Origin: Antedon mediterranea
Taxonomy: Eukaryota > Animalia > Echinodermata
Direction of reading: 5' to 3'
Length of the DNA stretch: 64,000 nt
Assembly (NCBI RefSeq): GCF_964355755.1
Contig: NC_092674.1
Location: 4,836,001-4,900,000, forward strand
This document shows positions 39,549 through 52,000 of the stretch, piece after piece. Within the stretch, counting starts at the first letter, position 1, and every line of letters begins with the position of its first letter. The notes under the pieces were generated by a model. The model ran no database searches. It was not told where the DNA came from and worked only from the letters and a program-made list of their open reading frames with translations. The translations under genes and the position numbers were made by a program.

Positions 39549-39891
39549 AGTAAAATCTATATTCTTTTGTACACAAATATTGAAACAGAGAGGCATTTTA
39601 AAAAAAACTATGAAAAATAAAAGGTGTTATAACAAATGTTATTTTGCCAAATTTTGTATTTGACCATTTTATAGGAAATCATGTTTTTTATCTTAATTTC
39701 TGTTACAAATATTTTATTTATGTACAGATATTAAATTTAAAATTCATGCCTGTACCTGAGCTTTAACGTTATAATAGTGTCGTGCTAAATTGTGGCCCAT
39801 TTACTTTGCACTTCCCATCATTCTCACCGTCACTGGTTTGCATATGATAAGCTAATTATTAATAGTTTTTACTTTAAAGGAGAATTACAAA

Positions 39892-42800
39892 ATGAAAGAA
39901 AATAACAAATTTGAAAGTGAACCAATGTTACACAAAAATGGTAAGATTTAGTATAGCATTATATCATTAATCAGTAGTACTGTAGCTAAAAATAAAATAA
40001 TCATAGATTTTTAAAAATTATAGTTTTAAAATTTTCATTGGGGCTTGCTTAATAATAAGTAGAAATAAAAATAATTGTTAGTACAGATTTGAAATGATGA
40101 ATTTAAACCTCTTCAATTGTGTTTGCAGAAACTCATACTTTACTGCCGATTCGTTATATAATTGTGTTCATGTGCTTTTTGGCCGTCACACTGAACTATG
40201 CTACGCGAATGACCTTAAGTGTTGCCATGTTGGCCATGGTACCAAAGGGTAGCATGAATTTAACATCATCTAATGTATCTATGACATCAGATACAAGTAA
40301 ACATTTGGTAAGTACAACTATAATAATCTTTAAAATACAACACCGTGCATCTTTTAGATTATTACAAAGAAGTAGGCCTATATCGTGCTTGGTTCACACT
40401 AGAGACGCAACACAAGGACATAACGCAGGTAGTTGACCATTCACAAGCGAAGACTTATTCGAACTGTCGCTTGTGATTGGTAAACACGCTTTTGCGTTGC
40501 GACCTAGTTGGAACTAAGCTCAGTCTTCCTGAACCATTATTGACAAACCTTTAATTAGGTAAATCTTTGTCGGATTTTAATTATTACAGAAATAATAAAT
40601 GGTAGTGTTATATAACGCCTAATACTATTAGTAGAGCAGTTAACGCCATAAAAATAGCCAAGTTGTGCATTTTATTACCATGAAGCATGAAACTTTCCAC
40701 AAAGTTTCTTTGATGTATATAGATTCAAAATATCGGGGGGTGCCAAGTGTGCAACGTCCGGTATGGCGGCCATCTTGATTTCAAAATGGCCACCATAAAA
40801 ACAAAAAGTGTTCATATCTTGGCAACTATAAACAGTAGAGACTTGATTCTGGTGTTAAATTAAATTAAATTGTTCACAAACCACATATTTCTATTTGCTC
40901 TAATAAAAAGTTTCGTCCAAAAATGACCGGAAATGGCGTTTCTTCCAGTTTGACCTTTGACCTCTTATCTGTATATCTCAGTAACTACTGATCATTTTCA
41001 ATCGATTTTGGTGTCATTTTGTTCAAAATAGAAACATTTATATTTGTAGTAATGAAACATTTTCACATAAAATTACTGGAAATACAATTTATAACCTTTG
41101 ACATATATAATTATGTGAACATACTGTATGTGGTTTAATTGGTATAAATGCACCTAATTTTTTTACCGAAATAAATGACACGGAATTATTATTCTGAATT
41201 TTTAACTTTTGATGTGATAGGATAGGCATAAAGTATGACAGATCACTGAGATCATCTATGCCGACATGTTTGCTAAACTGTGGTGTCAATCGTTTTTTCG
41301 TTGCATCTAAAAAAATGTACTCCATTTTTATGGTAATGGGCCTTTGCTGTAAACCTTTCATCTGAATCCTTTTCCTCGATTTTCTCTAGTCATTGATTTT
41401 TTAGCAAAATCCGAACTAAATCAATTCGTAAAAGACATCTCAATATAATTATTCAAGTAATCCTCAAATTAGTGACATGGACCTACAATATACTGTTCTG
41501 TACAAGACCTATTTAGGCATCCACCTGGGCTTTCACTTTAAAGGTCTTGGTTTCCTAATCATACAAGAAACAATGTCTAATTTAATCAATCAAAGTAGTG
41601 GGTCCATCCACAGACAAAGAAGGGGGTATAAGACCGTCCACAGACAAAGACAGGGGTATAAGACCATCTACAGACAAAGACAGGGGTATAAGACCATCTA
41701 CAGACAAAGAAAGGGGTGTAAGACCATCTACAGACAAAGACAGGGGTATAAGACCATCTACAGACAAAGACAGGGGTATAAGACCATCTACAGACAAAGA
41801 AAGGGGTGTAAGACCATCTACAGACAAAGACAGGGGTATAAGACCATCTACAGACAAAGACAGGGGTATAAGACCATCCACACACAAAGAAAGGGGTTTA
41901 ATACCATCAACAGACAAAGAAAGGGGTGATACCATCAACAGACACAGAAGGGGGTATAAGACCATCCACAGACAAAGAAAGGGGTATAAGACCGTCCACA
42001 GACAAAGAAAGGGGTGTAAGACCATCCACAGACAAAGAAGGGTGCATAAGACTATCCACAGACAAAGAAGGGGGTGTGGGATCATCCACAGAAAAGGAAG
42101 GGGGTGTAGGACCATCCACAGACAAAGAAGGGAGTGTAGGACCATCCACAGACAAAGAAGGGGTGTAAGACCATCTACAGACAAAGAAATGGGTGTAAGA
42201 CCATCCACACATAAAGAAAGGGGTGTAATAATACCATCAACAGACACAGAAGCGGGTATAAGACCATCCACAGACAAAGAATGGGGTATAAGACCATCTA
42301 CAGACAAAGAAGGAGGGTTAGGACCATATTAACCGAGGAAGCATACAAAAATAAGATGCAATCAAAATAGGCCACTTGGAAAACAATAAATTGTAGAATA
42401 ACTGTGGCTTAATTGTTGAAATAGAAAGGGTTCTTTGTAAGGTCATTAATAATATATTGATATAAACACGATCATCATACTATTCATTTGACAATCAAAT
42501 ACAGTCTGTCTCGAAAAGAAGCTCATACTATCACCTTTTCGAGGTTTTACGGTATTCAATAACATGTATGTTATTTCCTCTGTCAAACTATTAAAACTTT
42601 TAGCGAATCAGAAGGTGCCAAGATCATTGAACTAATGGTACCACCAAGCACAATGTTTACCAATTTTATGTACTACTGTATATACAATTTAAGTCCATTA
42701 ATCATTTAATATAATTACGCCTATCAGGTTAATGTTCAAAATTTAGGTGCACTTTAGACCAACAAAAACCACCTCAGTATATTCACATAATTAAAAATCA

Positions 42801-45800
42801 ATAAATTAATGTCAAAGGTCATAAATTGTATTTCCGGTCATTTTATGTGAAAATGTTTCATTACTACAAATATAAATGTATTTATTCTGAACAAAATGAC
42901 ACCAAAATCGATTGAAAATGACCAGTAGTTAAAGATTTACAAATACGAGGTCAAAGGTCAAACTGTAAGAAACGCCATTTCCGGTCATTTTTGGACGAAA
43001 CTTTTCATTAGAGCAAATAGAAATATATAGTTTGTGAACAATTTGAGACCAGAATTAAGCCTCTAATGTGTATAGTTGCCAAGATATGAACATTTTTTGT
43101 TTTTATGGTGGCCATTTTGAAATCAAGATGGCCGCCATACCGGACGTTGGACACTTGGCACCCCCCGATATTTTGAATCTATATACATCAAAGAAACTTT
43201 GTGTCAAGTTTCATGCTTTGGTAATCAAATGCACAGCTCATGTCATTAACTGCTCTACTATATGTTTTTAAGCGCTTTACATATACAAACATGATCTATA
43301 AAATATCCTAAGATAACCACAAAAAAAAATTAATAGCAGATGAACCATTTACACCGCTCCATAATCCAGCACATCTCCAGAACAATATTTTGCAAGCTGT
43401 GAAATTTTTAGTGTAAATCCCTTTAACAAAACTTGTTTGAATTAGTTTGTGATTAATTTTCGACGTCAATTGTAAGAAACATAATTCAGTACAAAAAGTA
43501 TGGTCAGATTAACTTCTACCGTATATGAAGGAAATAAAATAACATTATGTCATTTTGCTCCATACAGACGTTTGATTGGAGTCTTGAAACTCAACAATTT
43601 ATTCTTGGTTCTTTGTATTATGGTAATACCATTACACCCTTTTTCGCCGGTTGGTTGGTTGGAATATTTGGTGGCTCACCCATTATTCTACTGGGAACCT
43701 TGTTGATGTCTTTGATGATGTTATTGACGCCAGTAGCTGCAGAAGTAGGAGTTTGGTTATTGGTAATAACTAGAATCGTTGATGGAATGGGACAGGTAAT
43801 TTTTAGTTTAGAATGTCTAGGCCAAAACTCCCTGAATCACTAGCATTTTACCCGCCCGCTCCTCAGACACTATGCCATTATTATATTTTAAAAGTTTATT
43901 ATTACGCCATGGATAACCTGTTTTTTTTGTTTTGTTTTTTTTTGTTGTAGTGCAATATCAATATTTTACCCGTTGGTTTCTATATCTTTTCTATATACTC
44001 TTAAAATATCTTTTTTACTAGGGATTTGTTTATCCGGCGACATTTAACCTTATTACTAACTGGTCGAAGTTGAATGAACGTAATACATTTATATCAATTT
44101 CTGCCTCAGGTACCTATTTTTTTTTTATTAATAGGCAAGTTTTATTTTTTAATAAATAGGCATATTTTGTTAAAAAGAGGTATGGACCGGGTTTTGAATT
44201 CCGATGTCGGAAAATTATTATAGAAAGAATAGAAATCGAAAATCATCAAATAAGCGTCACAGCCACTATTTATATCGAACGAACTTGTTTATATTTAAAG
44301 GACTTGGTTTTGGTCCAGTATTGGCGAGTTATATATCTGCCTCACTTTGTTCAACTGATTTCTTAGGAGGATGGCCATCTACATTTTATCTATTTGGTAA
44401 GAAAACCCATATGCCTGGAAAATACCATTGGTAGAAACATACCATTAAGCCTTTGTTTGCAAACTCCAAGTTCGCCAAAAAGTTTTCCGAAGTTTGCTAG
44501 TGTAGACTAGTTGACAAACTGCTGAAAACAAGAAGCAGAAGCCTAATATTATATTTATTTCCTCCAGAAAATATAATATATACAGCAAAACAAATAAATA
44601 AATATAAACACAATATATAAATATAAAAAAGCTTTATTGAGGAGCTGATACCAAAAGGGAGTTTTCATACAATAAACAAAGCAGCACCAAATCAGCAAAA
44701 ACAAAATTAATCAAATTAAACTAAAACAAAAACCATAGGAAATACAATTTAAGCTTTACAAACAGTAATTTTTTTAATTTCTACTACATTTACCATTTCG
44801 GATTGATGGGGAAAGAGCGTTCCAATCACCAGTGATTCTATGACAAAAGGAATATGTAGGCCTAAGTCCATTGCATCTTCAGTTTCTATTACAGTAGGAT
44901 ATTTCTTACAAACGAATACAATAGCCAACTTTATTTCGGAAACAAACAATTTGCTAAATGTTTCTAGTGTAGATTAGGCTTAAAAGGAAAAAATATATTC
45001 TTCTATGAAACACGTTTTTCAAGAAAGTTGTGTATACCGAGGCGAATTAATAATGGCAATGGATAGCCAAACGTGATTGTAAACTCGTAGACTAACGAAT
45101 TATATACAATGTCGTCTTCCTACGTTGTCATTCATGTTTTCCTTTAAAGCTGATATGGACTTCTTTGCATTAGAATTAAATTATCATTTTTATTTTAGGT
45201 GTAGTTGGTATATTGTGGTGTATTGGCTGGTGTATTGTGGGATCGACTGACGTAAACAGTAACAGGTGGATATCAACGATTGAAAGAGATTCTATATTAT
45301 TTTCTCAAACTGAAGAAATAAAAAATGTAAAGAAAGCCCGAATTGTATAATAGCATCCTAGCTTATGAACATTTGTTATAGCGAATCCGAAGTATAACAT
45401 TTATATACAAAAAAAATGGGTTGAATGCATGTATCCTTATATTAGGCAAACCACTTTACTTACCGGTACTTTCACCTTGCCCCAGGTGTACAAATGGGTA
45501 CATAGTAAGGTCAAGACACAAGTTTGCGTTATTATTATTAACTGGTATGGGAGTATATTTCCAAACGTCTTTAAGCACAAAAATGTATAATAATAATTAT
45601 ATACAATACTTCGAAGTTTCGCAACATTTTAGGTGCTTTATAAATCCAGGATATTATTATTTTATTTAATATTTTTATTTCTCAGGCAAGCCAGTATGAA
45701 GTACCGTGGAAAAAGATCGCACAGTCACCAGTTGTTTGGACACTGTGCTTTTGCACCATTGGCTTCAATTTCGGATTTATTTTTCTATTAACAGAGCTTC

Positions 45801-47242
45801 CGATATTTTTTGAAACGATTTTAGGATTTGAACTAAAAATGGTAATTGAGTACATAATATTAATCATTAACTAATTGTTCATTGGTGTTTCAGTTTTAAA
45901 GCTACTTTCACATCACGCCCCGATTCGGTCCGGCGCCCTGATAAAAATATCGCGACCGTTGAAGGTGTTTTCACACCTAGCACGTTGTCATCCGAGGTCA
46001 TTCATGCTCACTGTTGATTGGTCAAAAGAAAAAAAATCGTACGTCTTCAGTAAACAAGTGGATTCTTGAATAATCGCACCTGAGTCCGGGTTCGGTACGA
46101 ATTTGGTGTGAACGATATTTGTCACGATATGTTTCTCAGGGCACCGGACTAAATTCGGGCGCGATATGAAAGCAGCTGCAGCTTAATATCCCATATACAT
46201 TTTTGTTTATTTTTAATAATTGTTATTATTTATTTGATTAGAGGTTACAAAGAGAGGTTTATTTTAAAGTTTAACTATTGATTTTAATACTGATGAAGTG
46301 TAATGGTATTGATATAATTTGTAATAATTTATCCTTTAGATCTAAGATTGTAAAGTTGTTTAATGTTTATAATTGTATTCTTTGTTCTGTTTTAGTGGAG
46401 TGTTTATCTCTGTTAACTGTGCATGAATAGTATTTATTTGTGTTTTTTTTTAATCTCCTCTTCAGACCGGTTTATTAAGCACCATACCTCATTTTGTATT
46501 CTTTGTTGCTATGTTATTTGGAGGAGTTCTTGCTGACGCCTTGATATTTCATAAAATATTAACTGCTATTTCCACACGGAAGTTATTAGCCTGTTGTGGT
46601 AAGGAATATAATATTTCAAGAAGTTTAAAATTATCTATAAGCATATATCCTACCGTATACTATTGCACATGCGCAGTAGTGAAAATACATATTCTATCAT
46701 TATTTAGTTCTGATGTAATTTTGTCTTTATCTAGCTCTTGGCATTTCACCAATGTTCCTAGTGTCCATTGGTTACGTTGCTAACAATGAAACACTGGCTG
46801 TCGTTTTAATGATTTGTGTGTTTGGTATGTGCCCGCTTTATATTCCGTCAGTAGAGGCGAGTATACTGGATATTGCGCCTAATCATTCCGGGTTATTAAT
46901 TGGAATTATGTCGTCAGCATCACATGTGTGTGGATTCATTGCCCCAGCTATTGTAGGGATTTTAACTAGAAATTGTGTAAGTATTTAATTATTATGTAAT
47001 GCGTGATTGGAATAAACATAGACAGAGGTTTATTCCATAAATATTTCTGCTTATGTGTTTATTATTTTCAGAACACAATTTATCAATGGAGGAAAATGTT
47101 TTGGATTACAGCAGGGGTACAAGTGTTAGGATTAGTGACTTTTATGATCTTTGGTACTAGTGAGGTTCAAGAATGGTCCAAACTTGACAAATCCGACACT
47201 GATGAAGTGGTTCCTTGTATTGAGTCGGAAAAGGAAAGATGA
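39892..47242 (+). CDS. SLC17/sialin-like MFS anion transporter copy B, 489 aa (exons 39892-39940, 40129-40307, 43568-43795, 44022-44109, 44301-44396, 45199-45326, 45686-45841, 46466-46598, 46735-46976, 47072-47242)
   Basis: Ten GT-AG exons sum to 1470 nt in frame; SLC17 motifs throughout; N-terminal ESEPML dileucine-like signal. Confidence 0.9.
40629..43260. mobile_element. Non-autonomous Academ-type DNA transposon with long (~500 bp) imperfect TIRs
   Basis: TAGTAGAGCAGTTAA...TTAACTGCTCTACTA termini, 3-bp TSD TAT; empty site cctaatactatgttttt at ~28290-28305 in copy A. Confidence 0.8.
41603..42327. repeat. 30-bp minisatellite (~24 units) inside the Academ-type element
   Basis: Unit aagaccatctacagacaaagacaggggtat with variants; accounts for the repetitive ORFs on both strands. 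Confidence 0.95.
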
Positions 47243-47396
47243 TTATATAGTTGTAAAGAAGCGGTGAAAACCCCCTTGCAAGATTATGCGTCAGCTGCAG
47301 AATGTAATTTCAAAGATTTTCCTTGCCGAACGGATCGGAAGTTTTTTGGTAGAAAAGATCTTAGATTTAAGAACAATTAAAGCAAACTTAAGCAAA

Positions 47397-48466
47397 TATA
47401 TTTATTAGTACCTCCAGGATCTTAGCCCACCATAGTTCGAAAATGGCAATTATAATTTAAAATAGGAAATAAAAATATATATTAAGTGTCTCCAGGACCT
47501 CAGCTCCACCATGGCTGGTGCTGAGGTAAGAAAATTTGGAAAAATAGAGCTGCTCAATGGGCGGAAATGGCACTTAATTTCAAATATGAAATAAAAATAT
47601 ATTTATTAGTACCTCCAGGATCTTAGCCCATCATAGTTTTGAAAATGGCAATTATAATTTAAAATAGGAAATAAAAATATATTAAGTGTCTCCATGACCT
47701 CAGCCCCACCATGGTTGGGGTGAGGTAAAAAAAATAGAAAAATAGAGCTGCTCGATGAGCGGAAATGGCACTTAATATAAAAATTACCTCGCCCACATGG
47801 TCACTACTGGGGCTGAGAGGTGAAGAACATTTGGAAAAATAGGGTTGCTACGACGATGCAAATGGAACATAATTTGAAATATGGAAAACAAATTCTCCTA
47901 GAAGAAATTCTTTTTAAAATTAGAGCTTCTAATTAGTTACTGGAAATTGCCATTTCAAGGGTTGGGGTAGAGGTGCGGCCACTTATAATTATGAACTGAA
48001 ACAACAAAACCCCTTTCATAATGTTTTCGTTCAATTGTCTCTATATCTGGGGATCCAATAACCTGCATGGTCTCTGAAATAGAGCAACATAATTGGCCAA
48101 TAGCTAGCCTCTTCGGATTTGTTGTGCTGCCTATATCGCACACACGGTAGTTTTCGAGCAGCCTTCCTATCCGAAGAGTCTATTTAAGTCCGAAACAAAA
48201 GGATGGCAGAACTATTGTACGGAAAACCCGAACAGATCTGTTTTGTACAATATGATATTGTGTAAGGTGATATGTATTAAATTGCAAGATTAAACAAAAT
48301 ATTTTATTTTTGTTCTGTGGTATATTATTTTTTTGGTTGTTCAAAAAACACAAAATTATGCCAGATTATGCTAAAAACGGCTAAATAATGCCGCGGCATT
48401 ATGCCAGATGCCGTGGGCCTCCAAATAATGCCAAAAAGCATAATAATGCCAGAAATGGCAACTATG
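47397..48466. mobile_element. Second copy of the hAT element (left end missing)
   Basis: Near-identical to ~16075-16935 including the right TIR TGGCAACTATG; has an extra internal ~200-bp repeat unit. Confidence 0.85.
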
Positions 48467-49001
48467 GCCACAGCCCAAGCAAGCTATGCCCTCATTAGCA
48501 TAACCCATATGGTTGGTCACCTGTTCACTTGACACCCTTCAGTGAACACAAGCACAGTATACCTAGCTTGGATTTGGCACTTACAAATATGTTTGATAGA
48601 TATCTTCTTATAACTGGTTTCCCGATGTCTTATTCGGGGTCTCTGAGTGCTTCTTTAGGCCTACCATTTTTTTTCAGTGGGAATGTATTTAACCGGAATA
48701 GTACTTTGACGGCGATGGTGGTAGGTTATTGGCTTGTTTGTTGAGGATCTTCAAGGTTTGTTTGTTTCCTGAACATTTCAATGTATGTTGTAACTATGTT
48801 TTTAGCAACCAACATTAGAGTGAGAATCAATATCATAAGGAAAAAAATGTTTCGAGAATACTATTTAAATGAGGCAATAATTAGCATAATAAAGAACAGG
48901 TATGTTTCTCATCGATAATGTTGGCTATTATTTTAGAAAGTTAGTTATCAAAGACCTATTTATAAATAAAATAACTTATTAATTATTTATTAGACCGCAA
49001 G

Positions 49002-52000
49002 ATGATCGTTAAATCGAATGATTATAAAACTGATGAAAGGGAACCAATTTTAGAGAAAGACGGTAAGAATTTTCCTAAAGGTATTTTTGGTCAATTAGAA
49101 TAAAATGTGTTGCTCAGAATAGTTACAGTGGTGTAGGCCTAGACTATGAAAATCCTCGGGTAAGCTGCTTTTAAACAATGGTTAAAACTGAATCCAGTTT
49201 GAAGGTTTTTTCTTTTGGACTTGCAAAAAGAAAGGTCGAATATAACACTAATAGGCCTAAAAAGAATAAAATAGGAACATACAATAGATGGTAAACATTT
49301 AAATTGTGTACCGAGATTAGTTCGTCATACGTTCACTGACGTGTAAACATAAATGTCCACTTCTAAAGCTTTCTCTACACTATCAAACTTTATGTGACAA
49401 CAAAATGTGATGTGCCCATATATGGACACGATGATGTCATTCACTACCATATTTGGGCATACCACTACAGTATTTAGGCACATCCCACTTTTTTGCCCAC
49501 TAGTTTGACAGTGTAGACAGAGCTTAACACCCATATGGACATGCACGTTCATTCAAAGAGAAACGTCTCTATTCATATTTTAAAAATTTTATATTTTGTT
49601 ACAGATGCACCTCCTTTCCTGCCGATTCGTTATGTTATTGTGTTCATGTGCTTTGTGGCTATTACATTGAACTATGCTACGCGAATGAACCTAAGTGTTG
49701 CAATGTTGGCCATGGTATCAAAAGATGGCAGTAATTTAACAGCTTCTAACTTAACTACGTCATCAGATATAAGCAAATTGGTAATTATTTTGTTCCTAAA
49801 GAAATTAACGGTAGAAATACATTTGATATGACGTAGTTGTTAAAGGTATGAAAATAGTGAGCTTTTAATTCTTAACGACCTACGCATTGATTAGTGTCGT
49901 ATTAGTATCACCAAAACTGTGTCGAGGAATTGCAGGGAAAAAGTACATACAACGTTCACGCATGCGCACAATGAACATGTGCCTACGTTGTCGGTCGCCG
50001 AATCTTACAAATGTTAAATGTTTTATCCTTTGTCCTCAAGCTTAACTGAAAATTGAGGAAATTCGGATTAGGCCCTCCCAGACCCACAGCAGCCAACAGT
50101 GCAGCTACCAGATCAGCACACCGGGAGAAGATCCCCTACTCTTTTTGAATAGTATACCAAGTTCTACACTATTATGTACACGGGACCAACTGTTATTCAA
50201 TTCAATTCAACTTTGATTTCAGACAATTGTCCATATGGTATAATACATTACACACAAAAAATATGAAGGAGAGAGGACCAAAACTTTGTCTATTTGTATA
50301 TAATGCCTCTCTCAATTTGTAGTACATGTTTGAATCAATCAACAAATATTTATATATTTAAATTAACATTCTGTTTTCGGTTTTCATTATTCTTGTAAAA
50401 ATGTACGGGAATTGATCAATAATAACTTTGTAAATCGTTTTCACAGATCTTTGATTGGAGTTTTCGTACTCAACAATTTATCTTTAGTTCTTTCTATTAT
50501 GGCGTGACCATTTCTCCTATTTTTGGTGGATGGATGGTTGGAGTATTTGGTGGCTCATCCATAATTCTACTGGGAATCCTGGTGACGTCTTTGATGATGT
50601 TATTGACACCAGTTGCTGCAGAAGTAGGAGTTTGGTTATTGGTAATAACTAGAATCGTTGATGGAATGGCACAGGTACATAGAATAACTAAAAAGTCACT
50701 CCTAAAATATGAATATATATTTATATGTGTCTTAAAGATGCACCCCCCCCCCCCCCTCTTTGATATAATGAAACAACTTATCCCTTATGCTTGCTTCCCA
50801 CTACAGACGCAACACAACGACGTAACGCAACGTAAGCGATTGATTATTCGAACTGTCGCTTGTCATTGGTCAACCCGCTTGTGTTGCGTCTGCGTCCTTA
50901 CGTCCTAGTGGGAACCAAGCTTTAGGACTTTATTATACCGTAGAACACTATACATTACCAAGGAGATATCTCCCTGATTAAACTGAAGTTATCTCTTAAT
51001 TGTCTGTAGACCACAGTAATTGCTTGCTATTGTCTGACGTGAATTAAACGACCATTATTATAATTAATTGTTTGCTCCATTAATTAACATCAAAACAATG
51101 CTATTATTTAAAGTAATTAATTATTTTTTAATTTGTGATTATATTGTTCTTAAGGGTATTGCTTATCCAGCTGTGTTTAATCTCGTTACAAACTGGTCGA
51201 AATTGAACGAACGTAGTACATTTTTATCATTTTCACTATCAGGTAGATATCTGTTATACATATACTTTACATCGCTAGGTGTGGAGACATCCATTGCGTG
51301 CATACTAAATACTAACTTTATTTTGAGATCTCTATTTCTCTATTAAATATTGTTCTTGTGTTATACAGTAACTTATCTTACCAGATGTTAATACGTATTT
51401 ACATTTAAAGGAATTGGTTTTGGGCCAGTATTGGCGAGTTATATATCTGCCTCACTTTGTTTAACTGATTTCTTAGGCGGATGGCCATCTACATTTTATC
51501 TATTTGGTAAGAACAACTGTCTTGGTCTATTGTTACGAAAAAAAACCCATTCAGCACCATTCAACCACCTATAACTAAAGTCTAGTAGTCTACACCGGCA
51601 AAGAAGAAATGTCTTTCCAGTGTTTGCTAGCGTGACGTCCAGTTAAAAACTTCGGAAACTGGAGAAAATAAGTCTACACTAGTAAATTTTAGTTTTCAAT
51701 TAAACACGTTGTTTGCTAGTGTAGACTAAGCTTTAGAGATGAATTCCTTTAAAGAACCGTTTTCTAGAAAAGTCTGTATACCAGTGAAACCGCACACAAT
51801 CATGGATGTCTCGCAAAATAAACTTATCTTGTCCGTTGAGTCTTTGTTTTCTTTTATTATAATGTCCGTCATTATTATTAGGTCTACTTGGTCTAGCGTG
51901 GTGTCTTGGCTGGTGTATTGTGGGATCGACTGACGTAAGCAGTAACAGGTGGATATCATCTATTGAAAGAGATTCGATATTATTTTCTCAAAGTGAAGAA

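Larger units (their letters stand above)
24905..47397 (+). repeat. Recent tandem segmental duplication: unit 1 ~24905-36120, unit 2 ~36124-47397
   Basis: Exons, introns and intergenic DNA of the two units are nearly identical apart from TE insertions and small indels. Confidence 0.9.

Noticed and set aside
41477-42332. Repetitive protein ORFs on both strands
   Set aside because: By-product of a 30-bp minisatellite inside a non-autonomous transposon in an intron.
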